From: Eledone cirrhosa
Taxonomy: Eukaryota
DNA: 64,000 nucleotides
Assembly: GCA_964016885.1 (NCBI GenBank)
Contig: OZ024754.1
Coordinates: 11,470,001 to 11,534,000 of the forward strand
Reading direction: 5' to 3'
Shown here: in pieces, positions 40,623 through 52,671 of the stretch
How positions within the stretch are numbered: the first letter of the stretch is position 1
Layout: each line of letters starts with the position of its first letter
The notes under the pieces: model-generated
Told to the model about the DNA's origin: nothing
What the model saw: only the letters and a program-made list of their open reading frames with translations
Databases searched by the model: none
Made by a program: the position numbers and the translations under genes

Positions 40623-40658
40623 TCTTAACGTTTCGGACGCCAGTCCTTCATCAGAAGA
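40623..40658 (-). ncRNA. Minimal hammerhead ribozyme (family A)
   Basis: Reverse complement: tctt CTGATGA a ggac-tggc-gtcc GAAA cg TT aaga. Confidence 0.8.
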
Positions 40659-40687
40659 AAGAAAGAGAAATAAAATAGATTGAGGGG

Positions 40688-40725
<38 letters not shown>

Positions 40726-40755
40726 AGATCAAAAGATGGTTAAATGAGTTCCATG

Positions 40756-40826
40756 TATTTTATTATGCGCATTTCAAAAACAAATATCATCATGCAATAA
40801 CATTTGTGTTTTCATCAGATAAAATA
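40756..40826 (-). ncRNA. Hammerhead ribozyme, 8-bp stem I
   Basis: Reverse complement: tattttat CTGATGA aaac..long hairpin..gtttt GAAA tgcgca TA ataaaata. Confidence 0.75.
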
Positions 40827-40907
40827 TGAGGACATGATATGAAGGTTAAAAAACACTTGTGGATAGTGCAGTTTTAAATCAACATATCTATATATATATT
40901 ATATATA

Positions 40908-40968
<61 letters not shown>

Positions 40969-41183
40969 CACGCTGTAATGTGACCGTGTAGGCAACACGG
41001 TAAAAGCGTCCCAGTCCCACACTGTAAATGTGGTTGGTGTTAGGAAGGGCATCCAGCTGTAGAAAACCCGCCAGACAGTCCTATGCGAGCAAGACAACCA
41101 CTCTTGCCTCAAGTGGGAAAACTCCCGTCCAAACCCATGCAAGCATGGAACACGGACGTTAAACGATGATGATGATGATGATG

Positions 41184-41226
<43 letters not shown>

Positions 41227-41266
41227 ATATATATAGAAGTGGTAACACAACAGTTAGTTCACCATA

Positions 41267-41306
41267 CCGAGAACAATTGTTTCACCTTAGCGGATCCTCA
41301 GCTCGG
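41267..41306 (-). ncRNA. Hammerhead ribozyme (family B)
   Basis: Reverse complement: ccgag CTGAGGA tccgctaaggt GAAA caattg TT ctcgg. Confidence 0.75.
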
Positions 41307-41562
41307 ACCGCTACGGTGTAATAATTGTTCTCGGTAAGGTGATCTACCTGTTGTGTTACCACTTCTACCTAACTCATCCCATGGACTGAGTGCTCTACCA
41401 CTACAGATATTACCTTCCAGTGTTCTACCTCTATAATATAATATATATAATATATCTATATCTCTCTCTCTATATATATATATGATATATAATATATATA
41501 TATAATATATATATATATAATATATATATATATATATAATATTTATTAAAATAACAGATTAA

Positions 41563-41613
41563 AGTTTAAGCAATGAATCGCTGCTTTCACCCTTAACAGG
41601 ATCTTCTGAAACT
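41563..41613 (-). ncRNA. Hammerhead-like motif with CAGAAGA core (family C)
   Basis: Reverse complement: agttt CAGAAGA tcctgttaagggt GAAA gca...tgc TT aaact. Confidence 0.65.
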
Positions 41614-41642
41614 CTTTGGATTTTAGTCTTGAAATTTATTAT

Positions 41643-41682
<40 letters not shown>

Positions 41683-41772
41683 TATATATATAATATATAT
41701 ATGATATATATATATAATATATATATATGATATATATATATAATATATATATGATATATATATATAATATAT

Positions 41773-41806
<34 letters not shown>

Positions 41807-41933
41807 ATATATATATAATATAATATATGTATAATATATATATAATATAATATATGTATAATATATATATATATGATATATGTATAATATATATATATAT
41901 GATATATGTATAATATATATAATATATATATAA

Positions 41934-42004
<71 letters not shown>

Positions 42005-42143
42005 ATATAACAAAGGAATTGTGGTAAGGAACCAGATGGACCATAACGCACCAGAGTACTCAATACTTAGGGTAGTAGAGTGGGTAATAGGAAAAAGTAT
42101 GACCCCGACGGCAGAGCTCAAGCCGTTTCGACGGTTATTTCGG

Positions 42144-42193
<50 letters not shown>

Positions 42194-42227
42194 ATATATT
42201 ATGAAATGAAGAATGTGATATACTTAC

Positions 42228-42447
42228 AACGGATCCCCTTCATCACTTTCCCACAACATCCTACTGGAGGTTTAGGTGGTTCTTTCTGGTCATTGAAATT
42301 CCTGCCGTACATACTCGGTTCCATACCGTACGACTGGGAGACGATATTCGGATGTCCATTAGTATCAGTGGTGGAAACTAAACCCAGATTATCACCACCC
42401 CACGCTTTACGTGAGTGGGCACTAGCAGGCCGGCTGTTTCCAGACAT
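42228..42447 (-). CDS. PKD2: Polycystin-2 family TRPP channel, coding exon 1 (MSGNSRPASA...GCCGKVMKGIR)
   Basis: ATG at 42447 and GTAAGT donor at 42227. 220 nt, phase 1, joining the next exon to give KGIRSLWATR, like the PC2 'GLWGT' pre-S1 segment. PKD2 vs PKD2L1 orthology is not resolved. Confidence 0.8.
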
Positions 42448-42902
42448 TGTCAGTGACTTAATGTGTTGGTCGTACCAACAAAGTACACGTCCTGTGTATG
42501 TTGTTGTTGTTGCCTTTTGGCGAGGATTGTTAACTGATGTTTGGACACCTGGGTAAGTTACGATTAAGTCTCTATAATTTTTTTTGAATTATTACTGTAG
42601 ATAATATCTCTCCTCAGTCCCAATAAGCACTGTGAATGGAACTAGGGAAGCTTATGACAAATCGGTCACTAACTACCGACTATAAAAAGACTGTCTTGCT
42701 GTCATGATTTATGTTTACCAAGTTAGCAGTGAGGCCAAGTGGGAGGAGGCTAAGGTTGGATGAAAGCTTTGATTAGACAGATGTGTGTGTGTGTGTGTGT
42801 TGATTGAAATGGGTGTGTTGTTTTGATTGGAGAAGGTAGCAGCTAATCGATAAATTATACTTTCTGAAATGAAATACTTGGAGCTGTTAAATAAAATGCG
42901 AA

Positions 42903-42941
<39 letters not shown>

Positions 42942-44659
42942 TAGAGAAAGAGAGCGAGAGAGAGAGACTACAGACAGTGTCAGAGATGGATATGAAGAGA
43001 GAAAGAGTGATAGGTATTACCGAGTGTCAGAGAGAGAAAGAGAGAGAGAGGATGATACATATTTCAGAGAGGAAGAGAGATAGGATGATACATATTTTCA
43101 GAGAGCATCGGAGGGGGAGAGGCAGGGACAAAGGATGATAGATATGTCAGAGAGGGTGAGGAAGAGAGAGGAAGATAAGTTATAGAACGAGCAAATTAGT
43201 CTAAAAACAGAGAGACTGTGTTTGAACTGGATGCTAGCTATTCTTGCCTCACTAAAACTTTACTTTAATTCATTATAATGTTATTTAAGTATACAATAAA
43301 TTCAATTATCGATATTAATAACAATCTAGGTTTATAGCAGTACTAAGTTGGTTAGTTAAAGTTATTAGCATCACTAGTCTATTATTATTATTAGTTAGTT
43401 CAGCTGTTTTAGTTGGCTACAGTGAAATATTACAAATAAACAAACTAACAAAAACCAGAATTAAGTTTAACATAAACAAGATGAATAAAGATAAAGATAA
43501 ACAGGGTGGAAGGAACGTAGATAGATTAATGGTTATAACAGAGTTAAAAGTTGATTGAGAAGTTTTTGTTTGTTATAGTTGTTACTGTTGGTGTTATGAA
43601 TACTAATGTTGTTCAGTTGTTGTTTTTTTAAAAGAAAGGTATGTGAAAAGATAAAACAAAACAAAAATGTTATAAAAGATAATAATAGTAATGAAAACAA
43701 GGTTGAAGAAGTGATGGTGGAAGTAAGTAGGTGGCTTGTGATGAGACAACGAACGATGTTAATAGTGTCGGAGATGGCGATGGAGATAGGGAAAGGCTTT
43801 GGGTGACATTGATGGAAATGGTGATGATGATGATGGTAGTGGTGGTGGTAAAAATAAAATAATAATGATGTAAGTAAGATAGATAAAGAAGAAGATAAAG
43901 AAAAATAATGAAATCAATATTATAATCCTCCCATCGAGTGTGTGGCTATAGATTGATTTGAGTAGTTTGTGTTGTTATAATTGGTCAAGTAGCATATTCT
44001 TGTCTTCATTGTAGAGCTGTTGTGTTGACAGGGCGGTCTTGCTTCTTAGCAAGTCACTCCTCCCTTTCGTAATACTAATCCACGATTCATCATCAAATGA
44101 CGATTCCTGGGGAACAAACATAACATTCGCTATCGATTTACAAACTCCGCGATATTGATTTATACAGGACAGGACAAGCCTAGTCTAGTTCTCTTACTTT
44201 TTTTTTCCGTTTTGCTTGCCTTGACAGCAAATTTGAACAAGACATGTAAACGTAGCAACCGAACTGAGTCGGTTATGGCAGAAGTAAGTTCTCTAATAAC
44301 CAACAAGTGAACTTTACAGCTTCCGTCTGGCTGCCACTAAAACAAGGCATAGAATTTGCAAAGGAAACGAAACCATTCTTTTCTTCTTCCATTACTTTTC
44401 AAAACTTTTGAAGAACTTTTTTTTTTTTTGCTACTAAAACAAGGAATAGAATTTTGAAATGAAACGAAACCATTATATTTTTGCTTCCATAAATTTTTCA
44501 AAACTTTTGTTTTTTGCCACGAAAAACAAAACATAGTATTTTAAAAGGAAAAACGAAACTTTTTTTTTTTTGCTTGCTTTCAGAAACTTTTCAAGAACAA
44601 TTTTTCTATAGCTTTTGTAAATTGATATTTATTAAGAATACGGAATTACCCTCTTCCCA

Positions 44660-44990
44660 TTGAGGTAGATCCCTCCTCTGGGACGCCACATGTGAGACGT
44701 TCTCCGCCTCCAACTTAGTCGCTTCGGCCACAAACTTCAGTACTGCGGCCCGCAGTGCACAGGAAAGGAAGGCAAACAAATACCGGGGATTGTCCAGCCG
44801 CTTCCTCTTCCCCTCGGTCGCCGTCGAGACCTCAGGCGTACTTAGACCCCGTACTGCCGAGCTCCTCCGCAAGATCGGAACGTCAGTAGCCCGTTTGAGG
44901 AAGGAGCCTCGCGAGGTGGGGTGGCTGTTGCAGCGGGTGTCGCTGGCCGTTATCAGTGGAAATGCTTTTGCTGTCTTGTCAACGGGGCGC
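44660..44990 (+). mobile_element. Restriction-like endonuclease C-terminus of a CRE-type non-LTR retrotransposon (short relative at about 50465-50530)
   Basis: LWDATC, AQERKANKYRGL, VAVETSGVL, LQRVSLAVISGNA; GC-rich island. Confidence 0.8.
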
Positions 44991-45252
44991 CGCCGCACCC
45001 TAATCCTAGAGCCCATCACCCTACCCCTTCCCTCTCCATTCTTCTGCGACGCTAGAGCCCTTGCCCATTCCCTCATTTTCCGTTTTTAAATATTTGTAGT
45101 GTTGTTGTTATTTGAAATATATTTGTTTATAATTTTTTTTAACAAATGTGACAAAAATAAAGAGAAAAAGCGGGGTGAGGGAATGGAGAGGGGACCAACT
45201 CTACCTCTTGGCTACCCACCCGTCCCCTCAATCTATCTTATTTCTCATTCTT

Positions 45253-45288
45253 TCTTCTGATGAAGGACTAGCGTCCGAAACGTTAAGA
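45253..45288 (+). ncRNA. Minimal hammerhead ribozyme (family A)
   Basis: tctt CTGATGA a ggac-tagc-gtcc GAAA cg TT aaga; ACGU palindrome replaces stem III. Confidence 0.8.
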
Positions 45289-45390
45289 CCCTCTTCCTGC
45301 TATATCAAGCGTTAACCTAATATATCCCTTCCATATACTGTACCGATTGTGTTGTTATTTCTGTTTACCTTTTACATACATATATATGTA

Positions 45391-45434
<44 letters not shown>

Positions 45435-45435
45435 C

Positions 45436-45601
<166 letters not shown>

Positions 45602-45890
45602 CTCACTTTTCGTAGACTTTATGCTCTTCACTTTAGTGGTTCTCCACCCCTCGTAATTGAAAACATACGCTTTTTGTATTTTCTTCTCTATATACTTTTT
45701 TTATGAAGAGCCCGGGACTTATTCCTTGAACTCATTAAATTATTAAATTACAGGGGATTAACGCGAGTTTTTAACTCCATATTTTCATTTGATATATACA
45801 TATGTTAAAGGTAAACAAAAATAACAACACAATCGGTACAGTATATGGAAAGAATATATTAGGTTAACGCTTGAAATAGCAGGAAGAGGG

Positions 45891-45926
45891 TCTTAATGTT
45901 TCGGACGCTAATCCTTCATCAGAAGA
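45891..45926 (-). ncRNA. Minimal hammerhead ribozyme (family A, slightly degenerate)
   Basis: Reverse complement: tctt CTGATGA a ggat-tagc-gtcc GAAA ca TT aaga. Confidence 0.65.
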
Positions 45927-46019
45927 AAGAATGAGAAATTAGAAAGATTGAAGGGACGGGCGGGGCGGAATCGGAAAAAAATGTTTTTAGAGAAAAATAA
46001 CAGGTCCGTTCATCTTACC

Positions 46020-46105
<86 letters not shown>

Positions 46106-46228
46106 CGAAGGAAGTGTGGTAAGGAACCAGATGGACCATAACGCACCAGAGTACTCTATACTTAGGGTAGTAGCGTGGGTAATAGCCGTCGAAACGGCTT
46201 GAGCTCTGCCGCCGGGGTCATACTTTTT

Positions 46229-46315
<87 letters not shown>

Positions 46316-46344
46316 GTAGTACCACAACAGTTAATTCAACATTT

Positions 46345-46385
46345 CTGAGAACAATTGTTTCACCTTAGTCGGATCATCAGCTCGT
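46345..46385 (-). ncRNA. Hammerhead ribozyme (family B)
   Basis: Reverse complement: gag CTGATGA tccgactaaggt GAAA caattg TT ctc. Confidence 0.65.
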
Positions 46386-46974
46386 TTTAAATGAGATTAT
46401 ATGGAAAAGGAAAAACAATTGTACGAATGAACATGTACAGAAGAAGTCACTTTCCAAAAGGGAGGTGACGCACGTTAGATCGGTGCTAGGGAGACCACTG
46501 TGAAAACTCAGAATATAATAGATTATTCATGTTGTTCAGTCCAGAATATAATAGATTATACATGTTAGTCAGTCTGGAGCTTTGAAATTACGTAATAGGT
46601 GTTTTCAAACGTGTGGACAACGCAAGAAAAGTTCATTCCTTGATTTAGACAAGCGCTATTACGCAATCTCCTCATGATATTGCGTAATATCATGAAGAAG
46701 AAGAAGAAGAAGCTTTCTTTCCTAAAACTGAAAGACTCTCCCCATTTTCACTACACACCACACCACACACACACACACACACACACACCTGGAGCAGGTG
46801 AAAACATCATCTTCGTTTTCTTCGGGTTTATTGTAACTTCATTGTCTTCTGAATATCCTGTTCAGTGTGGGCCACAAGATCACAATTATCGAAATACAAC
46901 AGAATAACGAATTGGGTGCATGAGAGTCTTCGATTTCGTTTGGAAACGATTCAAGTTAAAGAGCCTGTAACACG

Positions 46975-47170
46975 ATAGCGGACAATATCGGTAGAGCGTC
47001 AGACACCATGCTTTGCAGCATAGAGTTATGGACCTTTACGTTCTGAGTTCAATTCTTGCCGAGGTTAACTTTACCTTTCATCCTTTCATCCTTACGGTAT
47101 CGATAAAATAAAGTACCAGTAATGTACTGGGTAATTGCTGGCCTTGTGCCAAAAGTAGAAACAATTATTA
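46975..47170 (+). mobile_element. Family 1 SINE
   Basis: Same core. Confidence 0.75.
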
Positions 47171-48289
47171 CCTGTTGCACGATAGCGGACAAAGATGATG
47201 CCTAAATCACAACTATGAAATGTATGATCGATTACTGTGACAAAATATATTGATTTCTAATTTAAGAACAAGGCCAATAAATTTCGGGGAAGGGAAAGTT
47301 GATTAAATCAACTCCAGTACTTGATTGGTACGGTACCTTATTTTATCAACCCTGGAAGGATGAAAAGCAAAGTTGACTTTGGCGCGAATTTTAACTCAGA
47401 CCCCCACCACCACCACCACCACCACCACCACCACCACCACCACAGAACACATACGATGTATGTGGCTTTGTGTTTAGAATGTTAGATTCACAACCATGAG
47501 GTTGTGAATTCGATTCCCACGCCAGGCGATGAATTGTATCATTGAGCATGACACTTTATTTCATGTTGCTCCAGTTCACCCAGTTTACTCAGCCGTAGAA
47601 ATGAGTTGCGACGTCACTGGTGCCAAGCAGGCCTTAACATTTCCCTTGGACAACATCGTTGGCTTGGGGAGGGGAGACTGCTGGTCTTCCACAAAAACTC
47701 CTTTCGTCTGCCTCGGAGGGGATGTTACTGGGTGCAAAACTCATGGTCATTCTAAACCGGTTTTTTTTTACCTCCTATATATCATCATCATCATCATCGT
47801 TTAACGTCCATCTTCCACGCTTGCATAGGTTTGGACGGGAGGTTTCCCCACTTGAGGCAAGATTTGTTGTTCTGTTCGTATAGGACTGTCTGGCGGGTTT
47901 TCTACGGCTGGATGCCCTTCCCAACACCAACCACGTGGAGGTTTTTACCGTGTTACCTACACGGCCACATTACAGCGTGGACTGTGTGTTTTTTTTGTCG
48001 TGACACCTACACGACCTCATTTGTTTCGGACTGGATGTTGTGGTACCAACATAACTTTACATTTAAGGGGGGGTAGTGGGGGGGGGGGGGGTGGGGGGGG
48101 GGGGGGGTAGTTGGGGGGGGGTATTTTGTTATATATATATATATATATATATTAGAAAGTGAGGTTTTTTTTACAAAATGAAAAATAACCGAGGTGTCCT
48201 ACACGAGTGAAAGTATAAAGAAAAAGAGATGAAATCGAAAATGCAACTGGAGTCTTATTGAAAAACCACAGACCCTCCATCTCAACTCA

Positions 48290-48327
48290 CCTTTTGAAAA
48301 GCAGAAGAACTGCGAAACCGGTAAAGG
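48290..48327 (+). ncRNA. Hammerhead ribozyme, U3-A8 core variant (family F)
   Basis: cctt TTGAAAA gcag-aagaa-ctgc GAAA ccgg TA aagg. Second copy at 28638-28674 (-) has a 1-nt deletion in stem I. Confidence 0.75.
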
Positions 48328-48483
48328 AACCAAATAAATATATATATTTTTTTAAATAAGACTCCAGTTGCATTTTCGATTTCATCTCTTTTTCTTTATA
48401 TATATATATATAGAGTTATAAACTCAAATAGAATTTTACAATTAAATAGCTACAAAGAAAGGAATATTTCTGAGCCGTGTAAT

Positions 48484-49075
48484 ACAAATGGATATATGAT
48501 AGGGATAAACACTGACACAAGTATACATGTGTTCGCATTGTAACTGACCAAGTTAGCTCGATTGAAAAATACTAATTAAAATAATACGGTTTGCCTGTCT
48601 CGATTTAAAATAATAAATCAATAAAAATAGCCGTGATACCTGGACAAATTTTTAATTTGTTTCGCAACAATTAAGTGAAAGTTCCTATTCCTGTGCTGTT
48701 CTGCAGGTATCCAGAAATTGGTATGTTTCACTTCAAAATACTTAAGAAGACTGAGAGAAATGTGTTGTTGAACGCACATATGTCACAGTATTTTGAAGTG
48801 AAGTATTTTGAAGTGAAACTTACCAATTTCTGGATACCTGCAGAAGAGCACAGGAATAGGAACTTTCACTTAATTGTTGCGAAACAAATTTAAAATTTGT
48901 CCAGGTATCACGGCTATTGCCAATATAGGTTTGTTTTTATTGATTTATTATTTTAAATCGAGACAGGCAAACCGTATTATTTTAATTAGTATTTTTCAAT
49001 CTAGCTAACTTGGTCAGTTACAATACGAACACATGTAGACTTGTATCAGTGTTTATCCCTATCATATATCCATTT

Positions 49076-49077
<2 letters not shown>
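48484..49077. mobile_element. Fold-back non-autonomous element (~260-bp inverted arms) carrying two hammerhead motifs
   Basis: Arms about 48484-48742 and 48801-49077; (TA)n flanks; related fragment at 16608-16870. Confidence 0.75.
48833..48909 (+). ncRNA. Hammerhead-like motif with CAGAAGA core (family D)
   Basis: gatacctg CAGAAGA gca...tgc GAAA caaatttaaaatttg TC caggtatc; 8-bp stem I and GUC site. The inverted copy at 48635-48711 has G8C. Confidence 0.75.
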
Positions 49078-49148
<71 letters not shown>

Positions 49149-49169
49149 TATATTAAAATAATAGATTAA

Positions 49170-49220
49170 AGTTTAAGCAAAGAATCGCTGCTTTCACCCT
49201 TAACGGGATCTTCTGAAACT
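49170..49220 (-). ncRNA. Hammerhead-like motif with CAGAAGA core (family C)
   Basis: Reverse complement: agttt CAGAAGA tcccgttaagggt GAAA gca...tgc TT aaact. Confidence 0.65.
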
Positions 49221-49389
49221 AAAAAAAGTCAATCTGTGAACGCAGAAGTAAATATTTCAAAAAACGTTGCAAATATATATATATTGGAAATGTGTGAAAT
49301 CCTTGATACAGTTAGGTATATTTTAAAAAAAAGGAAAAGAATGACTTCACTTTTGGCAATATCGGTAGAGGGTCGGACAACATGCAGAA

Positions 49390-50450
49390 CACCACCTACG
49401 ATGTCGCTATCTGCAAATTGTACCACGACTTCGATACCTTTGTGCAGCATCATTATTGCAGTCACAGTTTCTTTTGTTATACCGTATGCCAGGAGTATTT
49501 CCTCCATTTTGCCTGTGTGCTGAGTCGAAAGCCTTCGAGAAATTGACAAATAAGAGAACTGCTTCGAGATGTCTTGCTCGAAATCCTTCTAGGATTCGCT
49601 GAGGATGTGGATCTGAAATTGTGGAAGCCATTTTGGTTCTTCCTCAACACTTTTTCAACCTCAGGGTGCATGCAATTGAGTAGCATTGCATTATATTCTT
49701 CGTGACACCTTGGTTGCTTTTGTTTGGGAAGGGTGTATCCTTTTGTCCATTTCTCAATACGACTTTCAGGTTAAACACTGTTGCAGTGTCGTAGGAGGAT
49801 GTCATCAAACCTTCCTCCTCTTCTATACGGAAAGGATCGTAGGAGGATGCCATCAAACTTTCCCGTCTTCTATTTCAGCCAGTTTCCATTCTTCACTAAC
49901 TTCATAATGTTTTCAGTTCATCTTTAGAAGATGCTCCAAGCTGAATGTCCAGTTGATGGTGAATAATCTTTTCCATTAGATTAGTAGTGGTCTCTGGTGG
50001 AAATAGCGGCAAGCTCTTTCTGAGCATTAGTGAACTTCCTGGTGTTAGCTTTAGTTGGGTTGTCCCTCTTCAGTTTAGATACATTTATGAGGGCTTCCCG
50101 TTTCTCAATAACCACTTTTAGTTCTCATGGCCCTCTGTGTTTGAATTTTCGCTTGTTCGGTATGCACGTAGCAACAACTTCCTTGTGCGCATTGACAACA
50201 TTTTCGAATTCGTCACCAGGAGTAGTCATCTCTGGGAGAACTTGCAGGGCTTCAAACCTGTTTTTCAAAACGAGTGCATAATGCAGCTGTCTGGGCTTAC
50301 AAGTGATGACCAGTCATAGGTTTTGGGTTTTGTTGCTTCATAGACTGAGTAGTCTAATCTTAGCCCGGACAATTCTGGGGTCAGAAGGAACGCTGCCCAA
50401 TGTATTGAAAGTCTTGCAATCTGTGGTGCTATTTAGCCGCTTATTATTCA
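49390..50450 (-). mobile_element. Degenerate LINE (EN-RT linker and RT N-terminus)
   Basis: LRKNQNGF, LFVNFSKAFDSAHR, MEEILLAYGI. Confidence 0.8.
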
Positions 50451-51651
50451 TGACGATCACTCTCCGACAAGTTTGAGGTCCTGCCCTTGGCAGTGGAGAC
50501 TTCTGGTGTCCTTGGCCCTAGGGCTACCTCCCAACTCACCACCTTAGACGCTGAGCTCCATTCTGTCTACCGAGGTTGTGGGGCGGCCAGCACGTGGGAC
50601 CCCATTTGCTCGCCATACAGAGAGATGGGAAGGGCGAGAGAGATGGAGGCGATGACAGTGGGAGTTCGGCTCTTCCACGTTCGAACCATTTCCTTGTGGT
50701 TGTGTTCATTACCCTAGTGCATTATTGGTGCTTTGTTTTGTTTACTGCATACATACATACATAGTGGCTGCCAACTCGTTTTCGAGTACGGCCACTACTT
50801 TATATCCATGTAGGAGAACCCCTACCGATGCGCTGAACGAGTGTGACTTTTTAGTCTAGCCAGCGACTTGAAAACTCTGGTACAAACACTACACTTGTGA
50901 CAATTATTGACACATGGTGCTGGGCCCACGGTACCATGTGACGACAAGTGCAGAGAGATCTCCAGATATAAAGCAATACCTGTGCCGTGAAGCTTTTATA
51001 GTGAGCAAAGGCACTGCACAAAGCCAGTACCACTCTCTTAACCAAGATGATATTTACCAAAAAGAAGAACAAGTCAACATCATTGGATACCATCAGGGTT
51101 GCAGGTGTTATATCAGAGTTTTCCTTCTCCTAGAATTCTGCCTTGACAAAGGCTAAGGGGTCATCTCTCCCGGTGATTTTGGATGGCCATTGACTCTTTA
51201 AGAGCTCCTTTGCCCTTTGACAGGTTTTGTTTTTAGTCCTGCAGGATGTCCAAAGTCACCCTCCTCACCAAGAAACCTTGGTGGGGTTGTCAGTTTAGTC
51301 GCCAACGACCCGACCATGAGACAGGTATATACATACATACATACATACATACATACATACATACATACATACATACATACATACATACGTAAAACATTCC
51401 AAAAGTGTTGCATCTAATAACTGCATATACACATGTACAGATACAAAGCATATACACATGCACACATACAACTCAAAACATACACATGCACGCATACAAT
51501 AACATCCATATCTACACATGCATGCATGCAGACATGCATACATATCTACCTAGTTGATGTTGTGTAAATTCCAATGAGAGAGTCTTGTGTCTATGTTAGA
51601 AACCGACTCTCTCTCTATTGGCAAATATTTTTGAAATTATAAAACCAGAAC

Positions 51652-52013
51652 ATACCTACCTACCTACCCACCTACCTACCTACCCACCTACCTACCCACC
51701 TACCTACCTACCTAGCTACCCACCTACCTACCTAGCTACCTACCTACCCACCTACCTACCTAGCTACCTACCTACCTACCCACCTACCTACCTACCTACC
51801 TACCTTCTCCTACTTCCCCACCCACCTACCTACCTACCTACCTACCTACCTACCTACCTACCTACCTACCTACCCACCTATCTACCCACCTACCTAGCTA
51901 CCTACCTACCTACCTACCTACCTACCTACCTACCTACCTACCTACCTACCCACCTACCCTGCTACCTACCTACCTACCTACCCACCTACCTACCTACCTA
52001 CCTAGCTACCTAC
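51652..52013. repeat. (CCTA)n microsatellite
   Basis: Direct inspection. Confidence 0.95.
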
Positions 52014-52671
52014 TTCCGTTCTTCCGACATTTTATCATTACCCATATTTATCAGTAGGTAAATCTATTTTAATGCTATCAACTTTTCTCCGGTAGTTCAT
52101 TAAATAAACTTTTGCCTCAGCCCAGAGTCAGCCATACACAGTGCCATCCAGAAGCTGCACATCTCAAGAAAATCAAAGAAACAACTAACGCTCAATCTTC
52201 CAGATTTTTCCAAACAGTCAACATTTTTGATGAGATTTTTCCTTTTGTTGTTTTTTTTGTTTTGTTGTTGTTGTTGTTGTTTTTTGTCTAATTACGAACA
52301 AAAGACTCTTGTCTTTAGAAAGAGACCAACTCTTTGTTTTGTTAAAGTAAATGAATGAATCTAAATTCAACACATATACAACATACTCTATATATTATGC
52401 AACATACAGACATATGTATATAACACTCATTTGTGTGGGTGTAGGTGAAATAGAGGGATAAGTATTGTGTGTATATTTTATACATGTGCCTATACATGTA
52501 TGTGTCTTGCGGAAATATTTAATGTGGTATTTCAGGGTGTGGAGTGATTTCCCTTCAAAGAAAGGTCAACTAAAGTGCTGACTTCACAAACAATTACAGT
52601 GTGAAAACAGTCTTGTCTCTCTATTTTACCATCTACATCGCTTTCTCATTCTCTCTATTATTTAATATCAC

